A stretch of 63,726 nucleotides of DNA, filler included, from Vannella sp. (taxonomy: Eukaryota), in NCBI GenBank assembly GCA_023345925.1. It is 7 parts of 7 records of this genome, joined end to end, with 100 filler letters (N's around TTAATTAATTAA, not from the genome) between each part and the next. Parts side by side here need not be neighbours in the genome. Positions count along the whole stretch, not along the records: positions 41,292 to 55,128 come from JAJQQN010000682.1; positions 55,229 to 60,170 come from JAJQQN010000861.1; 5 more parts are not named here. One strand, 5' to 3'. Below the pieces are notes generated by a model. The model was not told where the DNA came from. It made no database searches and saw only the letters and a program-made list of their open reading frames with translations. Below, one piece after another: positions 44,369-57,819 of this stretch. The first letter of the stretch is position 1. Every line of letters begins with the position of its first letter. The position numbers and the translations under genes are program-made.

Positions 44369-45539
44369 ATGACAAATACTCTCATGCGCGGCTCGTTGGT
44401 TACCTTTTGCGCCTTCCTGGCCTTTGCTGTGTTATGTGTTGAGGGGGTGGTTACAGATGAGCTTTGCGGTCAAGTATATGACGGTCTCACGGAAGGGCGG
44501 TCTGACATGGACACTCTTCCCTCCACGAGCATCCTTGGCGCGAACTGGGACGGCTTCGACTCTTCCGTCCTCTCGTACGACTGGGCCATCTTCTCTGAGT
44601 CTGTCATTTCTCAAACTACGGGTAAGACTTATCACTTCTCATTGTCCCGTACTCCCCACTCTGTTCGCCCTCGATACATGAGGCTTACGACCTTCGAGGG
44701 AGGGACTTCTCCCGATCGAGCCAGCTTCTAACAGCGAGTATTTTGTAGATTTTTCACGATGCTGGGACCAGTTACTCGCTGTACCTGATGTGCAGTCGTG
44801 GCAGAGCGTGGGGAAACAAAAACACGGAGTCAACGGCCAGTTGTCTTTGGTAGCTGGCATGAAGTACTACTCCGCTGTTAGAGCTACAACAACTTCCGGA
44901 GAATACGTTTATGCTCTCTCAAATGGAGTCAGGGTGGTAACCTCAATCCCTTCGAAAGAGATCGCGCAACTTCTCCCCGTTGCCCAGGTTCCTCCTTTGA
45001 AGGATGCTGCCTTTGAATCGCTCTCCTATGGACCTCTATTTGTACCACTTGCAGGCTTTTTACAAGCTAACGTGGAAGGCGACGATCATGACCCTGAACA
45101 GTACGCATGGGTGATTGCCCCTATTGTTGGTGGTATCATGGGTATCCTCTGTTGTCTAGCTATGATCATTTTCCTGTGTTGTCTCATCGCTGGTGGTAGA
45201 GGGCTGAACCTCTCTGGTGGACGAAGTGAACCCAAGGAGAAGAAGGCAAAGCCAGCCAAGCCCAAGTCTTCTGGTTCAAAAAGCGGTGGCTTAGCGTTCG
45301 CAGACACGGACATGGAGCAAAAGGGCTACGGAATGCGTGAGGAAGTGGATACCATGGACGCCAGTTCCAACACCGTGGTCGAGTTCCCTGACACCCAGAT
45401 TCGTCGATTGAGCATTTCCCACAAGGACGAGGAAGCCACCGTTGCTGGGGGAGAACCCAAGCGAGGACGGGCGCCACACCCTATCATGGTGTCTGCCAGT
45501 TCCTCATTCCGAGACTACCGCTCGGGAGTCTCCCACTAA
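44369..45539 (+). CDS. Type I membrane protein with an FN3-like ectodomain; spliced
   Basis: Signal peptide; ANWDGF...YDWAI...YYSAVRAT...SNGVRV pattern; Cys-containing TM; cytosolic tail. Confidence 0.65.
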
Positions 45540-45809
45540 TGGCTCGAACGGTGCTTTGTATCGATACCCCTTTGATAAACTCTCTTTTCCCTTTCAACAC
45601 TTCGTAGTAGCTTCCCCATGCACTCAGTTCAATGAATCAGGAGACAGACTTGATGGCGATGGTGATTCCCAGAAGAGGCGATTCCCAGAGCAAACACTCT
45701 TTTTTGAATCAAGGGAACGGAAGTTACTAATCGATATTGATATTGATTGATTGGAGGGAGACCTCCTAAAGAGGGAGCTGGGATGTCCGCTGTGGAGATA
45801 AGATTAAGA

Positions 45810-48800
45810 TTACTCTTCCGACTCTGAATACTCTTCGATGATCTCTTCCACGATCTCGTCCTCGTCTCCGCTGCCGGAGACTTCGATGATCTCTTCGATA
45901 ATCTCCTCAGATGCTTCTCCTTCAGATCCAGATCCAGCTTCCTCATCCTCCTCCGCATCGTCCTCTCCGTCTTTGGAGAACATCTTCTTCTTCTTGATGG
46001 AAGTGGTCGTCGGTTTGTTCTTGAGCTTCTTTCGCGACTTCTTCTCGGCTAATTTGGCCAAGCGGGCCTCTCGTTCTGCGTTGGTCTTGATGCAATGCTG
46101 TTTTCAAGCCCGATTGGTTAGCCGGAACATCCATCAGGGGAAAGGAATGCAAGTTACCTCAAAGTCTCGGCCGAACTCCATAAAGACGGTTGCGAGACAC
46201 ATCTCTTTGGTTCCACAGTACCAGGCGTAGAGTTCTTTGTTGTCTCCCATGAGGGCTTCGACGCGAACTACCAAGTCCTTGACCTTCTCGGAGGCCTCCG
46301 CAAAGAACTTGCCCATCACCTTCTCGAAGGGGTCTTTGTCCTCAGACTCAGCGTTGGCCTTGCCCACAACATCAAGTTCCTTTTGGAGCCCGTGGAGTCC
46401 ACCTCGCATCTCTGCAGATTCGAGGGAAATGGAGGTAATGTACTCTACAGTCGCCTTGGACAGGGGAACCAGTTGTTCGGGAAGACGGAGGAGTTTGGTC
46501 TTCTTCTTCTCAGCATAGTTGCAGATAAAGTGAAGAAGAGAATACTCTGTTTTGGTGGGGGACTTGGTGTCCTTGAGTTTGGGAAGAATGTCCACCCGGA
46601 AACCAAAGGCTCCTCCAGTGTTGGTGCCTTGGTTGAGGAAGTTACCAATGTAGAGGACCAACTCCAAGAAGATGCCGATCAGCTTGTTGCCCTTCATGAC
46701 CTTGACACCGTTGTGGCAGTTATCAACATCTTCAAGCAGACGTTCGAGGTAACTGTGGAACTGGCGTTTGTAGAGGAAGGCTCTCAGTCGGCTTTCAAGG
46801 CGGGGAACCTTCATGAGCTCAAGGAAGAACTGCTCGGGAGGGCCAAGAGTGTCGACCACCTCTTGAGGAGCTCCAATAAACTCTTTCATCATCTGGAAGT
46901 CAGAGTCAGTGGGTGCCACTTTGAGGAATCCTTTGATGTTGTCTTCACTGAACTTGTCCGTGTCGCACTTGATGAGCGCCTTTCCAATGTCCACTGGGGC
47001 CATCTTGAGCATGCTCATGAGCAGGCCAATGTGGTTGGCCCTCTTCATGTCCAAGAGTTGTTTCTTTTCAGCCTTAGCCTTCTTCTTTTCCTTCTTCTTT
47101 TCGTCAGGGATCTTAAAGTACTCAATCAGAGTGGGAATATCAATCTTGATGCCTTGGAGTTGCAAGTGGCGGAAGATGGAAGTGGCCAACTCTGGTTTGG
47201 GAACCTTCACCCAGTTGAGCTTTCGGAGCTTCATCTTAGGCTTGGCGGGGGGACCAAAGCCAGGAGGCGGAGGAGGTCCACCAGGGGGACCCATTCCAGG
47301 AGGTGGAGGAGGTCCAAAACCGGGTGGTGGAGGAGGTCCACCAGGAGGACCCATTCCAGGAGGTGGAGGAGGTCCTCCGCCCAAAGGAGGAGGTGGAGGC
47401 GGGCCTCCGCCCATTCCAGGGGGAGGAGGAATTCCTCCACCTCCACCAGCAGGAGCGCCCCAAGAAAGGCCTTGATCGAAGTTCATGTAATCCTTGTAAT
47501 CGCCGTAGTCCTCCTCTGCGTCATCGCCATCAGAGTCGCTGTCGTGGAAGATACCCCGGGCAGGAGCACTGCTGGCCACCTTGTCAGAACGAGAGGACAT
47601 GGAGTTATCGGAGCCCTTCACAACCTCGACCACATCAACCTCCTCATCTTCGGATTCTTCCTCTCCATCATCATCGCCGCCGCCATCTTTTGAAGCCTTC
47701 TTCTTCTTTCGGATGACCTTGCGCACAATGCGGGTCTTCTGTGTGGTTCCAGGAGCAGGCGTGCCGCCGGGACCAAAGGCTCCGGGAATCGAGAAGTTCT
47801 CATCTGCGTCATGGCGAGCCATCATTCCTTCCATTCCCTCCACAATGAAGGTGACATCCGTTGTCTCGTCAAGCTTGGGAATGGATGGGAAAAGGACGCC
47901 AAAGGAGTTCTCAACACCAGTGAGTTGGTTGAGCTTCTTCATTTTGGGGGGCTCCTTCCGGTATTTGCACTCTTTCAGGAACTCTCCAAAGCTCAGTTTG
48001 GTGGTGTTGGTGACTCCATTCGTCACTAATTGATGAAGGAACTGTTCAATGAGAACCCACATCTTGCGGCCGTTCATTTCGTCATCAGGCACAATGAGGA
48101 GGAGTCGGAGGCAGTTGAGGACGGTCCATTGGTGATTCAGAGACTTGGCAGAGATGAAAGCATGCTCAGCAACCTCAGCGGGATCATTCAGATCGAAATT
48201 GAAGCCAAAGTCTGTGAACGGGGTGGAGATGGCGCCCAGCTTGTCGGCGAAGATGTCATCCAAGCCGGTTCCTTCGGTTCCAGCAAATGTTCGCTCACTC
48301 TTCTTTCGGGCTTCTGGAGTCTTGAAGTCGCTGAGCATTGCCATTGTCAGTGCAGAGTAAGGGCGTTTGCCGATGGTTGTGAAGATCTTCTTGATCGGAT
48401 TGTTTCGCAGCTTTGACAGCTTGCGGGGAGTGTTTCCCTTTGTGTCCTTCAGATCAGGGTCCGCTCCATTCTCTAAGAGGGTAACGGCAGCGTCAACAGC
48501 GCGGTTCTTCACTGCGTAAGAGAGGGGGCTCAGTCCCTCGTGGTTTTGGAAGTCAATCTCGGCTCCCTTGTGGATCAAGTAGGAAATAACGTCCCACTGG
48601 TCACGGGAGGAAGCGTAGTGAAGCGCAGTGGCGCCTTTGTTGTCGGTGGCGTTCACTTCAACCTCGCCTTTGGAGCAAAGAAGGTGAACGCTCAAAACGT
48701 GACCCTTGAAGGCAGCGTAGTGCAGAGCAGTGACACCTTCCTTGTTGGGGATCTTGGGGTTGGCGCCTGCCTCGGAAAGGTAAGCCATCGAGAGGTTGCA

Positions 48801-50126
48801 GCCGTTGAATGAAGCCAAGTGGAGAGGAGTCATCTCGTTGACGTCTTTGTGGTCTAATTCGATCTTGTGTTTAACCAAGAGGCCAGTGCACTCCCAGTGG
48901 CCAAAGCAGGCGGTGGCATGGAGCGGCCCGCGATTGTCAACATCAGTGATGTTGATCATGGTGACAGGGTCCTCACTTCGTTCCAGCAGGAGCTTGACGC
49001 ACTTGACAAAGCCCGCGTAACAGGCGTTGTAGAGAGGAGTTCCACCGAGCTTGTCTCGGATGTCGGTCTTCGCTCCACGATCGAGGAGGATGCTCATGAT
49101 AGCACTATTACCTTTGAATGCAGCCTTGTGGAGAACAGTTGCTCCTTCATTGTCAGCAGCATCGATGTCAGCGCCAGCATCAAGGAACAGCTGGACGATG
49201 GATTGGTCACCACGGAAAGCGGCTTTGTGGAGAGGGGTGGAACCTTCCTTATCTCGGCAGTTGAGCATAACGTCACAGATGTCGACTTGGAAGTTCTCTC
49301 GTGCATGCTGTAGCAGGGTTGCAACACAACCTCTGTGGGAGTTAAAGGCGGCGTAGTGGAGAGGGGTGGTCTTGTTGTTGTCAGTGACGTTGATGTTAAT
49401 GTCTTTGTCCTTGAGAAGGACCTTCAAGACCTGTACCGAGCCCTGAGAGCAAGCGTAATGAAGAGGAGTGGCACCATCCACGTTTTGAGCAGAGATGTTG
49501 GCGTTCTTCTCAAGGAGCAGTTTAACCACGGGAGCGTGTCCGTTGTAGCAGGCGTAATGGAGGGGCGAAGCCTCTGAGGTGTCTCCTTTTTGGAAATCAA
49601 CGCCCTTCTTCAGGAGGAGCTTGACTATCTCAACATCACCAGAACAACAGGCGTTTAGGAGAGCAGAGCCACCTTGCTTGTCGAGAAGGTCACAGTTCGC
49701 TCCAGCTTCGATGAGAGCCTTCGCAACGTCAACTTGTTGTCTTCCCTTTTTGACACAAGAATTGTGAAGTGGTGTGGAACCTTCGTCGTCTTTGATATCG
49801 ATCTTGGCTCCACTCTTGAGAAGGAGGTCCACTACTTTGACGTTTCCCATGTAAGCAGCGTGATGAAGTGGCGTGGCTCCATCCTTGTCGATTACGTTGA
49901 CATTAGCTCCGTGGTCAATGAGAATTTTAAGGCGTTGAACCTCGTCATTGATCGCAGCAGCGTGGAGTTCAGTCGTACGGCGTTCCACGATTTTGAGCTC
50001 CACTGCTCCTCCAGCTGTTGGTTTAAGCTGAGAGGGTGCCTTTGCCGCTGGCGGTGCAGTTTGGGAAGAAGGGGCAGCGGCAGGTCGCTCCTCCTTATCT
50101 TTCTTCTTCTTTCTAAGGAACGACAT
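45810..50126 (-). CDS. Formin with N-terminal ankyrin repeats, partial FH3, FH1 and FH2
   Basis: About 16 TPLH-type repeats, polyproline FH1, FH2 motifs LRKLNWVKV and IGNFLNQG...GFRVDILPKLKDTKS. One intron at about 46095-46154; acidic tail. Confidence 0.93.
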
Positions 50127-50240
50127 CGCTGCCGGAGCACCGAGCAAATGGCCTTAGACGTAAAAAATCTAGTCACGTGATTCACCTTTCTGGGGTTGAT
50201 GTTTAGAGAAGGACCAGACTAAGAACACAAGATTATCATT

Positions 50241-51251
50241 TTATTCGGCTCCGTCTCCAATGCCATCTGCTTGAATACAGAACTGCGCGTCTGCTTCAGG
50301 GAGGCAGGGGCTGTCATACACTTTGCAGATGCGCATGTCTCCTTTACCTTTTCGTAGGGACAGTCGGGTCGTTGAGGCGTGAGCGATGATGTGCCCGCCA
50401 ATTGGTTTCTTGGGATCAGCAGCAAAGAGCGCGGCTCCATCAACTTGAGCAACGACTTGGTTGGTGATGACAACAGCAATACCAAACTCGTCTGCCATTC
50501 TTTGTAGCATTCTGAGGAACTTAGCGAGGTGCATTTGACGCGCTGCCAACTCCCCTCGTCCAGAGTAATCAGTTCGATAAAGTGCTGTTGCTGAGTCGAC
50601 CACAAGGAGAGCGTATCTGCTTTCGGACATCATTGCAGCTGCATTAAGGAGAAGTTTGGTTTGGTGGTCGCTATTGTACGCACGCGCAACAGCCACGTTG
50701 TTCAAAGTGTCCTCGCCATTCAAGCCATAACGCTCTGCAATAGCCACCAAACGTTCAGGTCGAAATGTTCCTTCAGTGTCGATGAACATAGCTCTGCCTT
50801 CTGCTCCTCCTTGGTCCACGGGAAGTTGGCAAGTGACGCAAAGTTGATGGCAAAGCTGGCTCTTTCCTGTTCGGAACTCTCCAAAGATCTCCGTGATTGA
50901 TCCCGTCTCGAATCCTCCCATAAGAAGCTTGTCGAGCTCTGTAGAGCCTGTGGAGAGGTGGAGAACATCCAAGCGAGCTTGATGACACTCTGTTGCTGTT
51001 ATGAAGCCCATTGGAACTAGTTTGGAGGCTGCAGCAAGGAGTTTTTCTGCCTTTGCTTCCGTGATACCTTTCACTGAGACGAGACTCTTCATCGTAGAGT
51101 ACGCCACGGATTCAACGGTGTGGAAGCCTGCCTCCATCAACTTCTTTGTGTCTGTTGCGGTGATGCCATGAGCCTCCAACCTCTGCACGGGAACTGGTCC
51201 TGATTCTTCCACAGTTTCTTCTTCTTCTTCTCTTGTTGTGGTGCGGCTCAT
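50241..51251 (-). CDS. RAD51: DNA recombinase RAD51, intronless
   Basis: [60 protein letters not shown]. Confidence 0.97.
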   Translation of the reverse strand: MSRTTTREEEEETVEESGPVPVQRLEAHGITATDTKKLMEAGFHTVESVAYSTMKSLVSVKGITEAKAEKLLAAASKLVPMGFITATECHQARLDVLHLSTGSTELDKLLMGGFETGSITEIFGEFRTGKSQLCHQLCVTCQLPVDQGGAEGRAMFIDTEGTFRPERLVAIAERYGLNGEDTLNNVAVARAYNSDHQTKLLLNAAAMMSESRYALLVVDSATALYRTDYSGRGELAARQMHLAKFLRMLQRMADEFGIAVVITNQVVAQVDGAALFAADPKKPIGGHIIAHASTTRLSLRKGKGDMRICKVYDSPCLPEADAQFCIQADGIGDGAE

Positions 51252-51844
51252 GGTGTTGGGATGAATGAGCAAAACGAGGAAACCCCAAAGTTTTTGTTCA
51301 ATTTATGAAAACTTCTTGGAAGGGTTTCAGAATATTGATCATTATGTGAAAATTTTGTATTTCTTAGAAAAATGGAAAAATCGCAAACATTTCCTTTGAG
51401 AAAAAATCGCATCAGACAACGTTTGACCCACTGTGTTCACCGTTTTGTCCTGAGCGCATTTAATGAGAGAAGTCACGGAGGCGAGGGTGTCCCCTTATTT
51501 GGGTCCTCAAGCAGCCAAAAAGTGAAAAATGAAATCAGTCCAAGAGCATGTTGAAAAATATGGCCTGACCAATCTGTGTATAAAATGAAGCTTTTTTGTT
51601 GTACCATCACATTATTCTGGCGACTTCATATATCACGAACCCATCATTCTCTCGACCCGTTCCGGTGCTCGGAAGGCCCCCTTCTCTTCGCGGATGCGAT
51701 CGTTCCTTTGCCTGTGAAGCCACAGGGTCAAAGCCACGATGTCATTGAAGCCATCAGGCGAAGCAGTTTCTCACAAGTGGGCTAAGAAACAGAAATGTTG
51801 TATGGTGATTGATTAAGGAAAGTGTAAGGGGGGTGGTTAGAGTG

Positions 51845-54734
51845 TTAGGTGCTCATTGAAGCAACGCTTCGTGCCGACTTGACAGTACTTGTTTGGAGTT
51901 TTGCCTTAAACCGAGGTTTGAGAAGTTCCTCCGGAAGCTGGTCTCCCCTTGCCATGAGGAGCTTAGCCAGTTCAAAGTGTCCAATTTGGCATGCGATCTC
52001 TGCCATCTGCAACGAATAGGTTTGAAATGGTGACATACCACTGGAGTTACGTACCTCTGGAGAAGTCATCAATCTTTCGTCCTGAAGCAAGATCACCAAA
52101 GAGGAGCATTTCTTCTGAAGAAGATTTTCGTAGGAGAAGAAGTGGTAAAACAACTTCTAAATGGAGAGTGATCAGATCAGGTCAAGTAGAGGTGTGCAGG
52201 TGAGTAACGACTGACATCCATGTTTTTGTTGAAAATGGAGACATCTGAGTCACTTATCTTGATTCGGGGATCGCTCATCATCTCGCTGAGGAGATCTGGG
52301 TGCTCGACTGCATACCATAATGGTGATTTGAGCGAGGTCGCACGAAATTGTGTTGGTGATAAACTTGGTTTGTTCAAGTGTTCCGAAGACGTGCGAGGAT
52401 CATTCAGAAGGAAGCGAGCTGCTTTCTTCCAGACAGGGGTTCGGTCCAAACAAAGCCCAAAGCTGTTGTGTCCTTATAGAACTCATTCAGATCAACGCGA
52501 GGATCTTTCAGCAAAACGAGGAAAGTCTCTTCTTTCATAGAAAGGGTTGAAATCATTGGCACTATCCCCGCACCCTTCCTCAATTCGTTAGAACATGAGC
52601 ACATTGCGAGCATCGATATCTCACTATTCTGTTGACCAAAAGATCTTCTCTCTTCAGAATGGCTCGCAATAGGATTTTGTGATCCATTTGCAGGCAAGTG
52701 ATCAGAATAGTCTTAGCCTGGTTCAGAAAACACCCAATCTTACGAATCATATGACCTACTTTTCCTGCTGCATTCCCCTGGTTGATATCAAAGGTCGAAT
52801 CGTCCAAAAAATGGGGTTGAATGATTGACATCAAGCTGCTGCTGAAGGATTTAAAGTGTTTCAGCACGGAAAACACAGGTAAAATCTTCTTTCGAGTTAG
52901 AAAATGTTCAGTCAAACGCCCACTTGCCCCTTCTTGATCCTTCTCATAGTCAGAAACATCAAAGCATCACCAAGAAATAGGCTTACAGGTGTAGACTTGA
53001 TGGCTTGTGTGCGAGGATCCTTCATCAGGAGATGAACTATTTCAGGATTTTTGGTCGAAATCGCCCTTGTCAACACCGTCTGCATAGAAACTTGAGGATC
53101 CCTTTGACAAGAAAGATATCAACCAACCGCAGTCTGTCTTTGTGAGGTCATTTCTTGTCGAATTCGATATCTCTTACCAGAACCAGAGACTCTTCCTTGA
53201 GAAGGCGCTTCAGGATGGGAGGATGTTCGAAGGAGTCAATGATAAAATCATTCTACAATCATTAGCAAAGCCACATACTCTTACACATACAGTTCTAGTA
53301 AAATTCACGCGATCACTGGAAAGAAAATGCGCCACAACTGATTTGTGTCCATTCTTGCACGCCATTTCAAATGCATGCTGGTGTTGAGACAAAGGATTCC
53401 CGAGAGCAATACTCGAATCAGTGTCAAAGCGCTCATCTTGTTCGAGGTACTGGACGATTTCCACTCTGCCATAGGCGGAAGCGGCCACCAACGGGGAGAT
53501 TCGGTATTGATCAGTGCTATGGTGATTGACATCCATCCCTTCCATGTCGGCCAAAAACTCTACCAAATCAAGATTCCCAGATTCACATGCCAAGATGAAT
53601 CCGTTGACCTGGTCCTTGTCCTTCGAGTGATTAGAGCGAATCATAGCTTTGATGGAAGTGCGTACTACAAGGTTCACGTCAAAATCTTTGCTCTTCACCA
53701 TCATCTGGATCGCTTGGGTGAGGCCCATTGAGCATGCGCTCAAAAAGGGAGATTCTTCCCAGGAGCCCGGATTGCTTTCCTGTCCGGAGAGTAAGGAGAT
53801 GCGACAGACTCTCTTCAAACACTTCAATCGCACAGCAACAAACTTTGGATGCTCCAGAATCAGCTTCAAGATAGGAATATCGTTCTCCACCATTGCAACA
53901 AAGAGACAGTCATCGGACTGGGGCAGGAATGTTAAACAGGCCCGATTATGACCAAAGCTAACTTACTTGTGAGGTGCTTCCAGATGAATCCACGTGAGCT
54001 TCCTGGATTAATCTTAGTTATTTGCGCAGATCTATTTCTGCAGCCATACTCCAGCATAGATGTCGATCTTAGGATGGTTGAGAAGCATCTTAATGAGGCC
54101 CATCCTTCCTCTCTTTTTCGATTGAATGGCTTGATAGAGAGCAAAGCCCTTCCAGCTTATTGTTACTCAAACGTCTGATGGAATAGAAACGTACTTTGGG
54201 ATTGCTCTAAACCGTATGGTTAGAACGGAAACCCAAAAGGTTAAACGAACCCGATAGTTGACATCCGTATCTGGGTGATTCAAGAGGAACTCTACCACTT
54301 TGCACTTGTCCTCCCTGATTGCAGCCACCAAAGGGGTCCAGATTTTCTAACGTGTGACGGCTCAGGGGATTGAAAATCAAGCGATTAGGGTGTCACCAAC
54401 CTCACTAGTGTTCTGTTGGAGAGAAATCAATTCAAATCTAACTGTCAGCTGCCAAACTGACCAGGACTGGGAGCTCAGCGTTCATTTTTACGGCCCAAGG
54501 GTGCCACAGTCTCTTTACTGTCGCAAGATCCCCTGAATGGCAAGCATCATGGACCTCCTTGGTCCACATGGTGATACACTCTTCAATAAGTTCGTCGCGA
54601 TACCAACCCGTAGGTAGATCCTCCGCTCTCTTGTGAAGCAACATCTCGTGACTGTCCCCCTTGCACTCGTGGTACACTCTCGCCATCAGCTCTCTGGCCT
54701 CTTTGGCAGTCTCCTCCTCCTTCCCTTTGTTCAC
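51845..54734 (-). CDS. Large multi-exon ankyrin-repeat protein with C-terminal KSAR motif; further 5' exons likely toward 55128
   Basis: Many repeats of type SPFLSACSMG, ACESGNLDLVEFL and LL.DPR.D.N. Last exon ends QTSTVKSARSVASMST. Full integrity not verified. Confidence 0.8.
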
Positions 54735-55128
54735 AAGCGATCGGCGGCTCCTCCTAGGTTGGGGTACCGGCAGGGAACCTGCATACTCAATGAAGACCGC
54801 TTCACATCGAGCTAATCTCTCACCTTTCCCACGGCGAGCTTGCTTTCGTGGTGGAAACTCTTCAGGCTGATCGCTGGGATCTTCTTCTCGATCTCTCTTC
54901 TTCGGTACACTGCCTCAACTGGTCAGAAGGGCGAGGGAGAAGTCACGTCACGGTTACATTGTGTCGTTAGAGACTTCCTCCACGAAAGTAGGTGCAGAGT
55001 GAGTTTCCTGCGTATCCCCATGACTAGCTACATCTGCACCACCTTCGACAACTCCATCGATTGAGGAAGAGAGAGAGGGACTACCTTGCTCCCCATCCTC
55101 CAACAGCGGAGGATTGTTCCTGCATCGC

Positions 55129-55228
55129 NNNNNNNNNNNNNNNNNNNNNNNNNNNNNNNNNNNNNNNNNNNNTTAATTAATTAANNNNNNNNNNNNNNNN
55201 NNNNNNNNNNNNNNNNNNNNNNNNNNNN
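55129..55228. other. Artificial contig linker
   Basis: N44-TTAATTAATTAA-N44. Confidence 0.98.
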
Positions 55229-56156
55229 GTCCTTTCAAGTTCTCAGCGCTGCCATTCTCTCCCTGAGCTATCTGATTCCTCACTGGTCATTGAAAATTGG
55301 AGAGCCCATTTATCAAGGATCCATGTGCTCAAACGCATGGACTCCTGCCACAATTACTCAAGCAGCTTGTGGAGCCCAGTCCTTCTTCAGATATGTGTCC
55401 CATCTTTGGTTCAGTTTGTGGTACTTTGTGGTTGCGTTATTCCTTCTGAGAGCTGCTGTTGGTTTGAAATTACCTCGGATTTTGTTTTGGCCGCTTTAAA
55501 TAGTCATCCACGTGGTATGTTGGATAGTCCCAATCGCAATTTGGATCGCGTTGGCTAGTACTGATAGCATCGATTCAACTGGCAAAGACGCCTGCTTTAT
55601 CCGAAGAGACACATGGAATGGCCAACTCAACGAAGTGGCATTCTACTATCCAGTCGCAATACTCTCTGGACTTGGTGTGATTCTTGTGCTGCTCACAGGA
55701 GTTATTATTCCTTTCAGGCTCGGACTGAAAGGACTTGGGCACCAGTCCCGCTTGATGATTTATCTCCTCTTTACAGTTACAGCAAATGTTTGGATTATCT
55801 TTGAGCACTTTTTTGAAGAGTCCTCCAGAGGGGCAGCATATGATAAGACTGTTGCAAAGTGGGTTGCCTGCAGTATCGTCAGTCTTCGTCCTTGCCGTTT
55901 CTTTGATATCTCTCAGTATTACCTGGACTTGACAACAGCGATCGTTCTGTCAAGTTTGGCCATCATTCTCTCTCTCATTCTACTCGTTGAGAAAGAAATC
56001 TGGATTTGCTGGTCCCTTCGCTTCCAGAAAGTGATTTTGCGACGAGAAATCGATATCCTTGGTCGATTAGGTGTGGATGGGAAAGCCATCAAGCTTCAAA
56101 TGAGGCAGCAAAAGGGATCAGATCAGGAGGCTGACAGCGCTTGGGGAGCTTCATAA
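55229..56156 (+). CDS. Frizzled/Smoothened-like 7TM receptor; 5' truncated, with an in-frame TAA at 55497
   Basis: ECL1 Cys pair, TM3 ACGAQ...LWYFV, TM4 IHVVCWIVP, ECL2 CFI, TM5 FYYP and ECL3 WVAC...C. Confidence 0.7.
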
Positions 56157-56332
56157 TCGAATCACTCACCAAGACTCTGAAGCGTTCCCTTCAATTCCCT
56201 CTATTAATTCCAGCTTAATCACGTGATAAAGAGGATAAACCGGTCAATAGAAGAAACCATTTTTTGGAAAAAGGAAGAGAGTAGAACTTTCATCCTTTCT
56301 CGTTGAGGATGGGAGCTGCGATGTTGTAACAA

Positions 56333-57756
56333 TTAAAAAGGAATGTGGAACTTCCTCAAAAAGAGGACTTTGGAGACGAGCAACTCAAGAGAACCGGGCT
56401 GATGGTTATTGACCCAGCGGAAACCAACGTCCAAAGTCTCTTGGCAGGCCTCCTTCCCCTGCACGCATCCCCTTCCGTGTCCAAGTACCATGTTCTCCAC
56501 TTCAATAACCTTAAGCTGTTGCAGACAGCTCCTCAAGAGTAGGTGGTCAGAAACAAAGAGAGTGTGATAACTCTGACTTCGAACAATTCCAGGCAAATCT
56601 GGGCGGTAGAGCCCCAACATAAAGAAATAACATTTTCCAGCCCAAGGCAATGACTCAAACATAGTTTGATCACCCTGAAGCATCATATCAGTGAGTCCCA
56701 GAAGTGTCTTGGAAGCCGGATGATAAAAAGCCACTTCTTGAAAGAAGTGTCCAGAAAGGGGAAAGTACTGGAGCTCTCCCCTACCAATGAAGGCAGGGAC
56801 TTCTTTCAAAGGCTGCTTCTGGCTGTCTACCGGCTGATGATGAACGAAAAAGCCTTTCCAAGGCAACTTGCTCTGGTCATGCTTTCGCTTTGGCTCTGTT
56901 CCGAACAGCTCTGCTTCAGGCCTATACCCAGTAACTAAGTGACTACATTGGATCTGGAGGAGGCCTCAAACCTACCAGATTTGGTGAGCTTTGGCCAAAG
57001 CAGCGCCGTGAGGGCCGGTTGGAGTGATGATCCATTTGACAGTACCAAGGGCGTTGATGGACTCCTGGAGCTCCTGGTTGTAAGCAGAGGGGTTGATGAT
57101 CACCAGGGACTCGCCGTCTGCAAGACGAACCACGGAAGACTGGAGAACCATTGGTTCGCCTTCTCTCATCCACAGTGGAGAGCTTGTTACCCACACCTGT
57201 GTCTACCTTTAGCTTCCAAACAGGAGAGATCGATCATACGTACGTTCTCTGCTACGGGGGTGATGGTTGAAGGTGGGAGCACCGCTTCAGGGTGAAGGAA
57301 CCGCTCTTTGTCACCAGGATGGAGAGCTTTTGCGAGTTCTGACCACTCCGAACGGGTTTCAGCGAGTCGATACGCCTCATTAAGGTGCCTTTCTGCAAGA
57401 GAGAGGTCTCCTGCAAGCTGGGCTGTCCACGCCAAGCCTGTATGGCCGAGGAAACAGGTCGGGTAGTCCTCTACCATCGATTGGAAGAGCCTCTCAGTCC
57501 TCCTAAGTGCATAAGAACCAAGACCCATCCACTGGAGCACTGGAGCGAAGATCATCTGGCTCAGAATAGCTTCGCCCAGCCGAGGCATCATCAACGAGAC
57601 AGGACCTCCCATCATCGCGTCGTACTCGCTCTCAAAGGATCTCGGCTCTCCCATGAACAGAACAGAGACTCTCCTATCATAGAACGATGTAGTTGCAGTG
57701 TATGCAACCACCCCAGCCGTCGCTAAGCCCGCTCCAACCAACCACCGAGTCCGCAT
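56333..57756 (-). CDS. DUF4336-like MBL-fold protein with N-terminal TM and TPR-like helix; spliced
   Basis: SSVVRLADGESLVIINP, LGTVKWIITP, EVAFYHPASKTL, MVLGHG. Two GT-AG introns. Paralog of 8510-9766. Confidence 0.8.
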
Positions 57757-57819
57757 GGGGAAGACAGAATGCCACTTTCTTATCTCCTTCCAGACCCGCC
57801 GCTTCATCACCAGCTTGGC

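Noticed and set aside
46383..47693. Long antisense ORFs over the formin, SCAI, DLAT, vanin and RPS3A genes
   Set aside because: Expected shadows of codon-biased genes, with no recognisable domains.
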